Source: a virus (Duplodnaviria > Heunggongvirae > Uroviricota > Caudoviricetes). From it: DNA of 43,491 nt. The stretch lies in IMG/VR virus record IMGVR_UViG_3300045972_000219; one strand, 5' to 3'. Numbering within the stretch: position 1 is the stretch's first letter; each line of letters opens with the position of its first letter. The notes under the pieces were generated by a model. The model saw nothing but the letters and a program-made list of their open reading frames with translations. It was not told the origin of the DNA and made no database searches. Positions 28,325 through 37,291 of this stretch are shown here, piece after piece. The position numbers and the translations under genes are program-made.

Positions 28325-29798
28325 CTGTTAGATCTTTAACGGCAATTTGTTTGGCAAGGTTAGCATCTACAAACTTCTTACGATTAAGATACTGAGCTTT
28401 ACTTTTCTTAAACCCAACATCTGTTATATCGATGTAGACTGCCTTTTTATTATCTCCACCACGAAGACGTCCTATTGTCTGCTCTAACCCTACTTCACCA
28501 CCCATAGGAATAGTGTTAATCATTACCTCAACATCTGTATCATTTCCTTCACGGAACATTTTAGCATTCGATACTATGATTTGCTTTTCTAACTGACCAT
28601 CTCTTTCTATATCCTCCACATCACCATTGTAAATTCCAACTTTGTCAGGCCACGTTTTGAGGAGGTCAGTATATAGTTTCCGTGCTGTTTTATTCAAAAA
28701 TATTAGAATAACAATCATAGCTGTAGGCTTCTTATGAAGTATACCAGCTATGTATCTTCGAATAATATTAAGGTAGATATGATATGTTTTAGTATGCATA
28801 TACTCACTATACTTAGTAGTGTTAAGACCCTTTTGTTTTGTAAAGTGAATTTCTTGCAACCATTCATCGTCAGGATTAGAGTCAAATTTACAGTATAGAA
28901 TGTCGTGATATTTTTCTCGTTTTAACCAGTCCTGATTACCAAAGCACATTTCAGCTCTAGGTAACATCCAAGAGTAAATTCTATCAGCAGAACGGTCAGT
29001 TCGTTTAGGAGTAGCACTAAGATAGATGTTTTCTTCAACATCAACTACTGAATCAAGAAGAAACATTGACTTTTGCTCTATATGACATTCATCATATATT
29101 TTAACTCCAAATCCCATCTCTTTGAAAAAGCTATTAACTTTTCTAGATCCAGACTGGTCTTCATCATTATCAATAAGATTACTAAAAGTTCTATGTATTC
29201 CAAGAACCCATCTGAATTTATCTTTATTTTTAATGATTTTATCAAGAGATTCTTTTCCACTGACGACTGCAATCTCATGCTCTTTGATGTCAGTGAATTT
29301 AATTATATCATCTTTCCACTTTTTAACAAGAGGTTCCTTGTGAAAAATGGTTATTGCAAGTGTACCTAAATTAGCTACATGTTTAATAGTACAGTATGTC
29401 TTACCCTTTCCAGTCTGTAGAGCGAGAACTTTCTGCCGGTAGTGGGCCATTTTCTCATACTTACCTGTACCTGATAGAAAGCGGAGAGCATCCGTTTGAA
29501 TGCTCTCCTTATCATCATAAAGACATGGTATATCTATTTCTCTTGGTATAACTATCGGATCATCAAATTGTGTTTCATGATCTTTAAAGTTAGCATCAAG
29601 CCTACTCTTTGGATAGTTTCTAGGTATGATGATATTCCATTTATCCTTATGTTTAATTAGTCTGCATGCAAACCAATCTATTTTAGGGTAAGATGCGTTA
29701 TCATCATATACCGCAAGTGTCTTTACAAGCTTTTTGATTTTCTCACTCTCTGGATCTATATCTGATATAACTACCCTACTACCACAGATATGGATCAT
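28299..29798 (-). CDS. superfamily 2 helicase (UvsW-like)
   Basis: LQTGKGKT, DECH, SATP, QTIGRLR. Confidence 0.9.
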   Translation of the reverse strand: MIHICGSRVVISDIDPESEKIKKLVKTLAVYDDNASYPKIDWFACRLIKHKDKWNIIIPRNYPKSRLDANFKDHETQFDDPIVIPREIDIPCLYDDKESIQTDALRFLSGTGKYEKMAHYRQKVLALQTGKGKTYCTIKHVANLGTLAITIFHKEPLVKKWKDDIIKFTDIKEHEIAVVSGKESLDKIIKNKDKFRWVLGIHRTFSNLIDNDEDQSGSRKVNSFFKEMGFGVKIYDECHIEQKSMFLLDSVVDVEENIYLSATPKRTDRSADRIYSWMLPRAEMCFGNQDWLKREKYHDILYCKFDSNPDDEWLQEIHFTKQKGLNTTKYSEYMHTKTYHIYLNIIRRYIAGILHKKPTAMIVILIFLNKTARKLYTDLLKTWPDKVGIYNGDVEDIERDGQLEKQIIVSNAKMFREGNDTDVEVMINTIPMGGEVGLEQTIGRLRGGDNKKAVYIDITDVGFKKSKAQYLNRKKFVDANLAKQIAVKDLTDEEWIYVR

Positions 29799-29805
29799 AC
29801 AAACC

Positions 29806-29961
29806 TCACTTCTTAGGAGGAGCAGTAATACCGCCCATTGGAAGCCTATGAATGAACTGCCCCCAAAGACTGATTGTTTTGCTAAGATTCTTAAAGCTCT
29901 TAGCTACAGTATTATTACCACGACTACGTTTAACTTCTTTTTCCTCTTTACTTTTAGCCAT
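29806..29961 (-). CDS. small basic protein (51 aa)
   Basis: Read by hand: MAKSKEEKEVKRSRGNN...; AAGGAG RBS; fills the gap. Confidence 0.6.
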   Translation of the reverse strand: MAKSKEEKEVKRSRGNNTVAKSFKNLSKTISLWGQFIHRLPMGGITAPPKK

Positions 29962-29974
29962 TGTGTTTCTCCTT

Positions 29975-31825
29975 TTAAATGAACATTATGTCTAACATGC
30001 CCTTCTCTGTTTTCTTATAAGTTAACGGGTTTTGTATAGCGCCTTTGATTCTTTCAAAGCTCAATGCAGTTGAAAGATATGGTGAGTTGTAAATGGCATC
30101 AGGTAATCTCATAACCAAATAGTTTGGAAACTTCTTCTTACTAAAGTCTGGTCTGTGAATAATATCTAATGGATCACGGACTAGCTCACGTAGAATAATT
30201 TCTATGTGGTTACTTTGAATCTGAATTCCAGACTCATTTAGAAGTGTAATAAATCTGTTATAAATGTCATTGATGTCGGTCAGACCCAAGTGCTCATTTT
30301 TGTCGATAAGATCAAGGATCATTCTCAGCGGTTTACTCAACTCGTTATTATCGGCTGAGTAATAAAGTGGGCTTGGACCTGATAGAGAAATGTCATAGAC
30401 ATCACTCTCAGTCTCATCAGTTATCATCCTTGTCTCTTCACTTAGGAAAAGTGGTATATTTAGATGAATAGTCCTAGTTGCTTCAGAACCATTGTCTAGC
30501 ACCTTAAATGAGAACTTTCTGATACAGAGTTCCTCATCATCTTCATAGATATCCTCACGGTGAATCTGGATAGAGTCTACTACCCCTGTGGGTATCAACT
30601 GATCCTTATCTACGATGAGAGCGTCAAACATCTCTTCAGGCCAGTCTATCTTATCTGAACGTGTCTGTAGAAGATGTTTAGATGATAGTAACTGCTGAGT
30701 TAACTGCGATGATAGTATTAGTGTACCTAATATACCTACATGTAGGTTCTTATTAAGTTCAGCTAACACTCCATAACATGTTCGACATATACCTTTTTTA
30801 CTTATACATGTAATCGGAGTTCTTATAGTTATATCTTGATTAAGTGTAGTTTTATAGTCTGATTCTTCAACAAACTCGCCTTTCAGAGTATATCTACCAA
30901 CTATACGTTCAAATGTTTTATGACAATCTACATGGAGAGTAATTCCGTGCTTTGCCCCACAATCCTCGTTATCTTTATCAAGGGTGGTGTTAGTGACGAG
31001 AAGTGCCAGTTTTCTGGCCAGGTAACCTGAGTCCTTAACCTGTTTATAATTCGTCACCAATGCTTTCCGCGCACCTATGCTATCTATGTAATAATCTTCA
31101 ACATGACGCATTCCCCTTAAAAATGAAGTATTAATTGGTTCGGAGATAACTTTACCAACCAAGTCAGGTTTAAGACTAACGTTCATTATAGTCTGTCCTA
31201 ACTGTTTTTGGTTGATAGCCGATTTACACAAAATCATATTTCTAAGGCATGTATCCTCTTTAGATAATATCTCAACAAGGTGTTTAAGATTATCATCTAT
31301 GAACTCTTCAATCTCATGGAATTGAAGTCCACTAGGAATCTCGAGATTGAGAAGACCCATTAGTTCATCATTGTTTTCAGCTGCTTTGAGAATACTATAA
31401 ATATTTACAGTATTCCCTACTCTGTTGTTGGCCAGAATAGATAAGTCAGATAGTTCTCTCAACACTTCAGCAATTGCAAAGTTAATTTCTTGAGGATTAA
31501 TCTTTCTAAATAGTTCTTTAGAAACCCAGTCAATTTTCTTTGTAATTGTATGAGCGTTAATATCCTCCTTAAAGAATTCTGGATGAAGATTGGAGGTGTA
31601 TTTAAACTTTACTAACGGCTTGATGATGATACTATTTACTAAGAATTTTCCAAGTGGAACATAGAAATCCTCCTGACCATCCATCTGAAGTGCTATAAGA
31701 TTAGTTCTTTCAGCGATATCAGTAAATATGATATCTAACAACTCTTCAATACTTTTCTTAAATCCCTCGATACTCGACATCATTTCTTCCAGTGTAATCT
31801 CATAATCAACTTCTATTTCTGTCAT
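29975..31825 (-). CDS. rpoC: phage RNAP beta' C-terminal subunit (likely non-virion RNAP)
   Basis: Bridge helix ARKALV...DSGYLARKL, RTPITC...GICRTCYG, trigger loop LTQQLLSSKH, HIEIILR. Confidence 0.92.
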   Translation of the reverse strand: MTEIEVDYEITLEEMMSSIEGFKKSIEELLDIIFTDIAERTNLIALQMDGQEDFYVPLGKFLVNSIIIKPLVKFKYTSNLHPEFFKEDINAHTITKKIDWVSKELFRKINPQEINFAIAEVLRELSDLSILANNRVGNTVNIYSILKAAENNDELMGLLNLEIPSGLQFHEIEEFIDDNLKHLVEILSKEDTCLRNMILCKSAINQKQLGQTIMNVSLKPDLVGKVISEPINTSFLRGMRHVEDYYIDSIGARKALVTNYKQVKDSGYLARKLALLVTNTTLDKDNEDCGAKHGITLHVDCHKTFERIVGRYTLKGEFVEESDYKTTLNQDITIRTPITCISKKGICRTCYGVLAELNKNLHVGILGTLILSSQLTQQLLSSKHLLQTRSDKIDWPEEMFDALIVDKDQLIPTGVVDSIQIHREDIYEDDEELCIRKFSFKVLDNGSEATRTIHLNIPLFLSEETRMITDETESDVYDISLSGPSPLYYSADNNELSKPLRMILDLIDKNEHLGLTDINDIYNRFITLLNESGIQIQSNHIEIILRELVRDPLDIIHRPDFSKKKFPNYLVMRLPDAIYNSPYLSTALSFERIKGAIQNPLTYKKTEKGMLDIMFI

Positions 31826-31908
31826 TCACTACCTCCTTTGATATATGATAACTGTACAAAAATATAATATGTGAAGTAATTTAAAGTTCTAAAAATTTTT
31901 AGTCTAAA

Positions 31909-31938
31909 ATAGGCATACCCAATTAAGGGTATGCCTAT
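31909..31938 (-). terminator. terminator hairpin
   Basis: ataggcataccc-aattaa-gggtatgcctat. Confidence 0.8.
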
Positions 31939-31941
31939 AGT

Positions 31942-32118
31942 TTATTGTACTGCAAACGAATTATGTGAGATTCCAAATAAACCAACATACATTGCAGCAG
32001 TTGCTTTACTAAATTCCCAAGGTATTGTAACTTCTTTGTCAGAGTTATTAAAACGTAGCATCTTATTTTGATCTAATACAGCCTGTGGCTGATTAGTACC
32101 TTTTTTAATTTTGGCCAT
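31942..32118 (-). CDS. small hypothetical protein
   Basis: MAKIKKG start at 32118; ends at the terminator. Confidence 0.55.
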   Translation of the reverse strand: MAKIKKGTNQPQAVLDQNKMLRFNNSDKEVTIPWEFSKATAAMYVGLFGISHNSFAVQ

Positions 32119-32119
32119 T

Positions 32120-32563
32120 TTATATCCCGCCTTTTTTAACATTTTTAATCGAGCCTACTGTTAGAGCAATTTCAACGCTATGACCACGAGATAGACGAGT
32201 TTGTATAGTTGAGGCATTAATTCCTAATACTTCAGCCCATTCAACACATGTCCTAGTTTCTCCATTAAATGTTATGAGATGATTATTAGCTCGGTTGCGT
32301 CCTTGCTCTTTAGAGGTTGACCATTTACAATTTTCTAGACAGTATCCTACGTTATTCTTTTTCCTATCTAGTGTATGTAATGATGTTGGCGGATCCCCCA
32401 TGTCTTGATAGAAATTTTCAAAGGTCATCCATCTTTTACAGACAGATATTCCTTTAGCACCATACCACTGATAACTTCCATGACCGGAGTTATTACATCT
32501 TCCAATCATATTATCCCATATATTCCAAATACGGGTATTTGTCATACCATGACGTTCTCTCAT
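32120..32563 (-). CDS. free-standing HNH-type endonuclease
   Basis: HGMTNTRIWNIWDNMIGRC, YGAKGISVCKRW, TLDR..NN.GY...NCKW. Confidence 0.8.
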   Translation of the reverse strand: MRERHGMTNTRIWNIWDNMIGRCNNSGHGSYQWYGAKGISVCKRWMTFENFYQDMGDPPTSLHTLDRKKNNVGYCLENCKWSTSKEQGRNRANNHLITFNGETRTCVEWAEVLGINASTIQTRLSRGHSVEIALTVGSIKNVKKGGI

Positions 32564-35500
32564 ATTGACATTCCTCCAGATAGATTTGCAATTAATTGCT
32601 TACCTAACATTAGTGAACTATTGTCAATATCAAATGTATGTCCAGGCATAAGTATCAAACCAATGGATGATGCATCAAATGAGTCATTATGACTTATACA
32701 GAATAGTTGTTCTAAATTCAATTCAACTATCTGTCTCTCTAGTATATCAAGGAACACACGTCTGTTTTCCTCATCGAGAGTTGAATCTATTTCGTCTAGA
32801 CATAAGATATTGTATCTTCCTAATGCGGATTGAAAAATTGCTAATGATAATGTTGTTTTAATCATAGCAACTTGCCCTTGAGATGCTAATTTTACGTCCT
32901 GACAAAATCCACCATTTTCTTTAAATACTTCTATAAAAAAATCGGATTCAGTAATTTTGAAGCCTATACGAAAACTACCATTATACGCTATGTCGAGAAG
33001 GCTATTAGCGACTTCTTCTATACCATGTAGGTAATCTCCAATGAGTAGTGTTGGTATTCCCTTAACGGGATCAAGGGCTTCTTTTACTTCTTTTACAATC
33101 TGGAATGATCCTTCTAATTCAGAGACTTTCTCCTCATATTCTTGTCTACGTGCTAGTTTTACCCTAGCATCGTCATATAGTTTTTGAGCAGGATTGATCT
33201 CTTTTTGGATCAGTTCCAATTTACCATTCTCTTCATCTATACTATCTACGATGGTTTGAGCCTCGGCAATAGTTGATTCTGCAGACTGGTATTGGGTTTT
33301 AGCTTCCTTTAGGGAATTGGAGGAGGTTTCAATTTTATTGAACGCATCTTTCAAGTCAAGTATGATTTCCTTCTTTTTACGAAGTTTAGATGCTTTAGTG
33401 GCTATGTCAGCCTTTTCGGTCTCCAATTCCTCAATAGTTTCGTTCAGTGTATTCTGCTCATTTTCTAATGTTTTTATATCAGAGCTAATTGATTTAATAA
33501 ATGCATCAGAAGATTGTGCAGACTCTAATCTTTCATTCAATATTTCAAGTTTTTCATTTACAGCTATTTGACTGTCTCTAGCTTGAAATACCTTGAATGT
33601 AGGATTAACATCAAACACAGTAGCTACTGACGGTAGTGGATTTTCTACACATAGACTACAGAATGAGCTAAATGAGTCAAGATACTCATTGATAGGAAAT
33701 ATATTCAATATATTAACTGATTTTATTTGATCATAACTATGTTGTAGATCAGTGACGATATTATATGCATCAGATGTAGATTTAACTAATGCATCTGATT
33801 CTTTCTCGTCATGTATGTATCCATCAATTTCATTCTGTATAAGTCTTAATTGGTTTGGAGCATCTTTAAATCTTATAGCACTAGATACAAATGGACAGCT
33901 ATCTAATCGACAATCTTTAGGTCTTCTCTCAAGAGTTTTAGCTTGTTCAGCTTGACCTTTAAGCATATTCAACATTGTCTTTTTAGAGTCAACTTGCTCT
34001 CTAGATCTTTCTCTTTTTCTTTCAGCCATTACTTTTGCACGCATTAAAGAGTCAATAATCTTTTCATCTTCTATATGTTCTTCAATTAGTTTTAGACTCT
34101 CAACACTAGCTTCAGTAATTACAGATCTAATATTTTCATATATAGACCAGATGATACCTTTAGCTGCAGAAACATCTGCTAATGTTATATCACTATTATT
34201 TTTAGGTAATTTTAGTTTACCTAATTCCTCATTAGCTGAGTCTAACTCTTCTTGTGCTTCTTCAATCAATTCTTGAATTTGAGATAATTCTTTACTAGTC
34301 TTTTTAAATGATTTAGATTCATCTTTCTTTTTAGTTAGTTGAACCTCAATCAAATCTATACGTTCACTAGCAGTTACTAACTCAGATTCTATAACTGCAA
34401 ATCTCTCATTATATTTAGCATCCTCAGTATTATATGCAGATATCTTAGCTTCGATATCTTCCATATCAATACCTTCTAATGATTTAAATTGAGCTATGTA
34501 ACCATCTTTAGTGGATTGAGCTTCCATTAGCTCACTGTTAGCTTCTTTTAAAATCTTAGTATGAGGATTCTTATTAGTTCTAGCCCAATCGGGTAGAGTA
34601 CTTAACTGACCCTGTAAAGTAGCTATAGTTTCCTTTATTTTTGAAACTCTATTCTGTTTAATACTCAGTATTTGAGATGCATTATCAGCTGTCTCAGTGA
34701 GGTTATCAACAGTATCTAACTTACCTAGTTCATCACTAAGAAAGGCTATGTTTTTTTTATATGTACTAAATTTTTTAGAAACTATTTTTCCTGCATTCAA
34801 CCAAGGATCAATATTAGGAAGAAACTTAGAAATATATTTCTTTCTATCGGAAGATATCATATCTACAAAGTTAGTGACGTTAGAACCTATTTTACCTACT
34901 TTAAAGAAATCTGGTGAGAATCCGAGATGTTCTTCAGCAAGCACTGCAAAGTTCTTAACTCCACCTGAAGGATTAAGTTCTTCATCATTCTTCTTTAAAA
35001 AAGATTTAACTTTACCTTCTCTATAATGATGTGTAACTTCAAATATATCATCATTATCTTTCAGAACATAGATTTTTTTACCTTCCTTACCTTCTATAAT
35101 TATATCCTTACGATCATCATAATTGTCACTTCCTGGATGGAGTTGAGATAAGACAGTAGTGTTATGTGTTACAATAAAATTATTAGTTAAATATAGTTTA
35201 TCTAAACTATCAACACTAATACATGCCATCTCAACAGTTTTACCAGTTTTAATTATATTCTTAATCTTCCGATTAGGATCTATATACATAGTTGGTGGAA
35301 TGTATTGTGATTTTTTAAGTAAAGATGTAAATGGTAAAACACCTTGTGGCATTTTAATTGTGATTCGATAACCTTGCTTTCCATTACACTTTACATCTTT
35401 ATGAGTATAAATCACTTTTTTTACTTTGATTCTAGCGTTCCCTCCTAAACTTTCAACAATGAATACAACATCTTCAGCTAACTGTTTTGATGAAGTGTAA

Positions 35501-36348
35501 TAATTAAGTTGACATCCCTTTTCTACTGATCCATCACAGTCAAACATCCCTTGTAAAATAGACAATCTAACTGAGGATGAATTATATTTATATAGATCAG
35601 GAATATGTTTTTCATAAGAATATTTTTCCCATAAATCAAGTTTTTTTACTTCAGTAATATATTCATTTTTGTTACCTTTACCACTACCAATAACACTATA
35701 ATCAAAATCATTAGAAATATTCTTCTTTAAATAATAACCATTATTTAAAAGACTATCAAATTTAGAAAGAATATCATCTTGAGCACAAGTAAATCCGATT
35801 TTATCTGATCTAAATGAACCATCACCAAGTAAACATCCCATAACATATGGATCAATTAGTGTATCTTGTTTTTTAAATTCAACAGGATTAGTCATTGGTA
35901 TGTAATATTTTAGGGTATTGCCGACATATAGACCTGAGTCTAATATATCCTGTACACTAAAAATATCGTCCTTCCAATATTTTTCTTTTTGACGAGTATA
36001 TCTTGACCTTGATACTTTAAATAAGTGATCTTTTGAACATAAAATACTACTGTCGTCATTAAAAATAACTTGATATTCATCAAGTTTTCCTTGTGGAAAA
36101 ATACCATTAATTGCGATTATACCATTTGGGCCAAAGATTTTATCTCCAATTTTGAGATTTTTGATGGGTTTTTTACCGTGAATAGTATACACTTCACTGT
36201 TAATTGGCTGCGCTTTACCAGATCCATTCTTTCCAAATAGCATTACTATAGGATATGGATTAACATCAAAGTCTATATCTATAACATCTCTTCCCATTCC
36301 ATCTTTGACACCTATGAAGTTTTCCAAATATAGGCGTTTAGTTTTCAT
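32560..36348 (-). CDS. sbcC: SbcC/Rad50 ATPase containing an intein
   Basis: LENF, GKNGSGK|TT, long coiled coils, hook-like CRLDSC, ASQGQ, LDEIDSTLD, ISH. Confidence 0.92.
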   Translation of the reverse strand: MKTKRLYLENFIGVKDGMGRDVIDIDFDVNPYPIVMLFGKNGSGKAQPINSEVYTIHGKKPIKNLKIGDKIFGPNGIIAINGIFPQGKLDEYQVIFNDDSSILCSKDHLFKVSRSRYTRQKEKYWKDDIFSVQDILDSGLYVGNTLKYYIPMTNPVEFKKQDTLIDPYVMGCLLGDGSFRSDKIGFTCAQDDILSKFDSLLNNGYYLKKNISNDFDYSVIGSGKGNKNEYITEVKKLDLWEKYSYEKHIPDLYKYNSSSVRLSILQGMFDCDGSVEKGCQLNYYTSSKQLAEDVVFIVESLGGNARIKVKKVIYTHKDVKCNGKQGYRITIKMPQGVLPFTSLLKKSQYIPPTMYIDPNRKIKNIIKTGKTVEMACISVDSLDKLYLTNNFIVTHNTTVLSQLHPGSDNYDDRKDIIIEGKEGKKIYVLKDNDDIFEVTHHYREGKVKSFLKKNDEELNPSGGVKNFAVLAEEHLGFSPDFFKVGKIGSNVTNFVDMISSDRKKYISKFLPNIDPWLNAGKIVSKKFSTYKKNIAFLSDELGKLDTVDNLTETADNASQILSIKQNRVSKIKETIATLQGQLSTLPDWARTNKNPHTKILKEANSELMEAQSTKDGYIAQFKSLEGIDMEDIEAKISAYNTEDAKYNERFAVIESELVTASERIDLIEVQLTKKKDESKSFKKTSKELSQIQELIEEAQEELDSANEELGKLKLPKNNSDITLADVSAAKGIIWSIYENIRSVITEASVESLKLIEEHIEDEKIIDSLMRAKVMAERKRERSREQVDSKKTMLNMLKGQAEQAKTLERRPKDCRLDSCPFVSSAIRFKDAPNQLRLIQNEIDGYIHDEKESDALVKSTSDAYNIVTDLQHSYDQIKSVNILNIFPINEYLDSFSSFCSLCVENPLPSVATVFDVNPTFKVFQARDSQIAVNEKLEILNERLESAQSSDAFIKSISSDIKTLENEQNTLNETIEELETEKADIATKASKLRKKKEIILDLKDAFNKIETSSNSLKEAKTQYQSAESTIAEAQTIVDSIDEENGKLELIQKEINPAQKLYDDARVKLARRQEYEEKVSELEGSFQIVKEVKEALDPVKGIPTLLIGDYLHGIEEVANSLLDIAYNGSFRIGFKITESDFFIEVFKENGGFCQDVKLASQGQVAMIKTTLSLAIFQSALGRYNILCLDEIDSTLDEENRRVFLDILERQIVELNLEQLFCISHNDSFDASSIGLILMPGHTFDIDNSSLMLGKQLIANLSGGMSI
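35161..36213 (-). mobile_element. 351-aa intein with LAGLIDADG endonuclease
   Basis: Starts AQP and ends VTHN before T; block B CSKDHLF; MGCLLGDGS and LQGMFDCDGS. Confidence 0.92.
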
Positions 36349-36349
36349 A

Positions 36350-36550
36350 TTACACTTCGAAATCTAGAATAGGAGTCTCAGTAATAGAGCACCCTTGAGG
36401 GACTGCTACTACTCGACCTTTATATCCAGTAGGTGCAATCTTAGGTACTTCATTATTAAGTTGATCCATTGTAGTGAAGACCTTCTCTCCCCCACCAAAT
36501 CCATTTCCATTCCAAGACTGCCCACTTGCGTTTTTTAGTACAGTTGCCAT
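36350..36550 (-). CDS. small hypothetical protein
   Basis: AAGGAG RBS; abuts the sbcC start. Confidence 0.7.
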   Translation of the reverse strand: MATVLKNASGQSWNGNGFGGGEKVFTTMDQLNNEVPKIAPTGYKGRVVAVPQGCSITETPILDFEV

Positions 36551-36731
36551 AATAATATCTCCTTTGCAAAAATAATTGGTTGGTGTTCTAAAAATCAGTT
36601 CACTAATAATTTCAGGTATAAATAGGTTGATCTATCTAATATAATTTATAAATTGTAAAAACCGTAAATTATACTATTATAGTGTAATATTAATACAGTG
36701 TAGTAGTATATAATATATGAAGAGGTGATAT

Positions 36732-37022
36732 ATGGAAACTGAATATAAAAAATTAAAACGATTATTTGATGCGATTGGGAAGGACTCATTGTTGTGGAAG
36801 AAGTTAAGTAGTTGTTCTTTTAAAGTTAAATCGAGTTATATTGAAATACTCGATAATTCTAAAAAAATAGTAAAAAAGATTTACCTAACAGTATTAGAAA
36901 GAATTGGTTGTGATGTCTATGAAATAGTAGATTCATTGAAAAGTAGCGGTGCAATATTAATTCCATACAGTCCAACAGAAAGAGATACAATAACAACTGT
37001 ACCACATCTTAAATCTGTTTAA
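36732..37022 (+). CDS. hypothetical protein
   Basis: GAGGTG RBS. Confidence 0.7.
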   Translation: METEYKKLKRLFDAIGKDSLLWKKLSSCSFKVKSSYIEILDNSKKIVKKIYLTVLERIGCDVYEIVDSLKSSGAILIPYSPTERDTITTVPHLKSV

Positions 37023-37039
37023 ATTAAAGGAGAAGTAAA

Positions 37040-37249
37040 ATGACACCAGTAATAGTAATTCTGTCAATAGTGGTTTTGAGCTTAGTATATGCATCTGCAT
37101 GCATTATATATAATAAGCTCAATGTTCCAGAGAATATTAATCCTCTTATGGAATACCTCGTTATCGGGATGATAATGGTAGGAGTAATATTACCACCAAT
37201 AAGTTCATATATCATAAAGAAAGGAGAATTACTTATGAAAACTATTTAA
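37040..37249 (+). CDS. small two-helix membrane protein
   Basis: AAGGAG RBS; two hydrophobic helices. Confidence 0.7.
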   Translation: MTPVIVILSIVVLSLVYASACIIYNKLNVPENINPLMEYLVIGMIMVGVILPPISSYIIKKGELLMKTI

Positions 37250-37258
37250 CAGTAAAAA

Positions 37259-37286
37259 TCCCCTACCACTTAATTGTGGTAGGGGA
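37259..37286. terminator. hairpin between convergent genes
   Basis: tcccctaccac-ttaatt-gtggtagggga. Confidence 0.8.
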
Positions 37287-37291
37287 AAATA

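Noticed and set aside
36551-36731. AT-rich gap as an ncRNA
   Set aside because: Adequately explained as a divergent promoter region; no convincing stems
37024-37215. Minus-strand 63-aa ORF
   Set aside because: The overlapping plus-strand ORF 37040..37249 has an AAGGAG RBS and fits the operon and terminator
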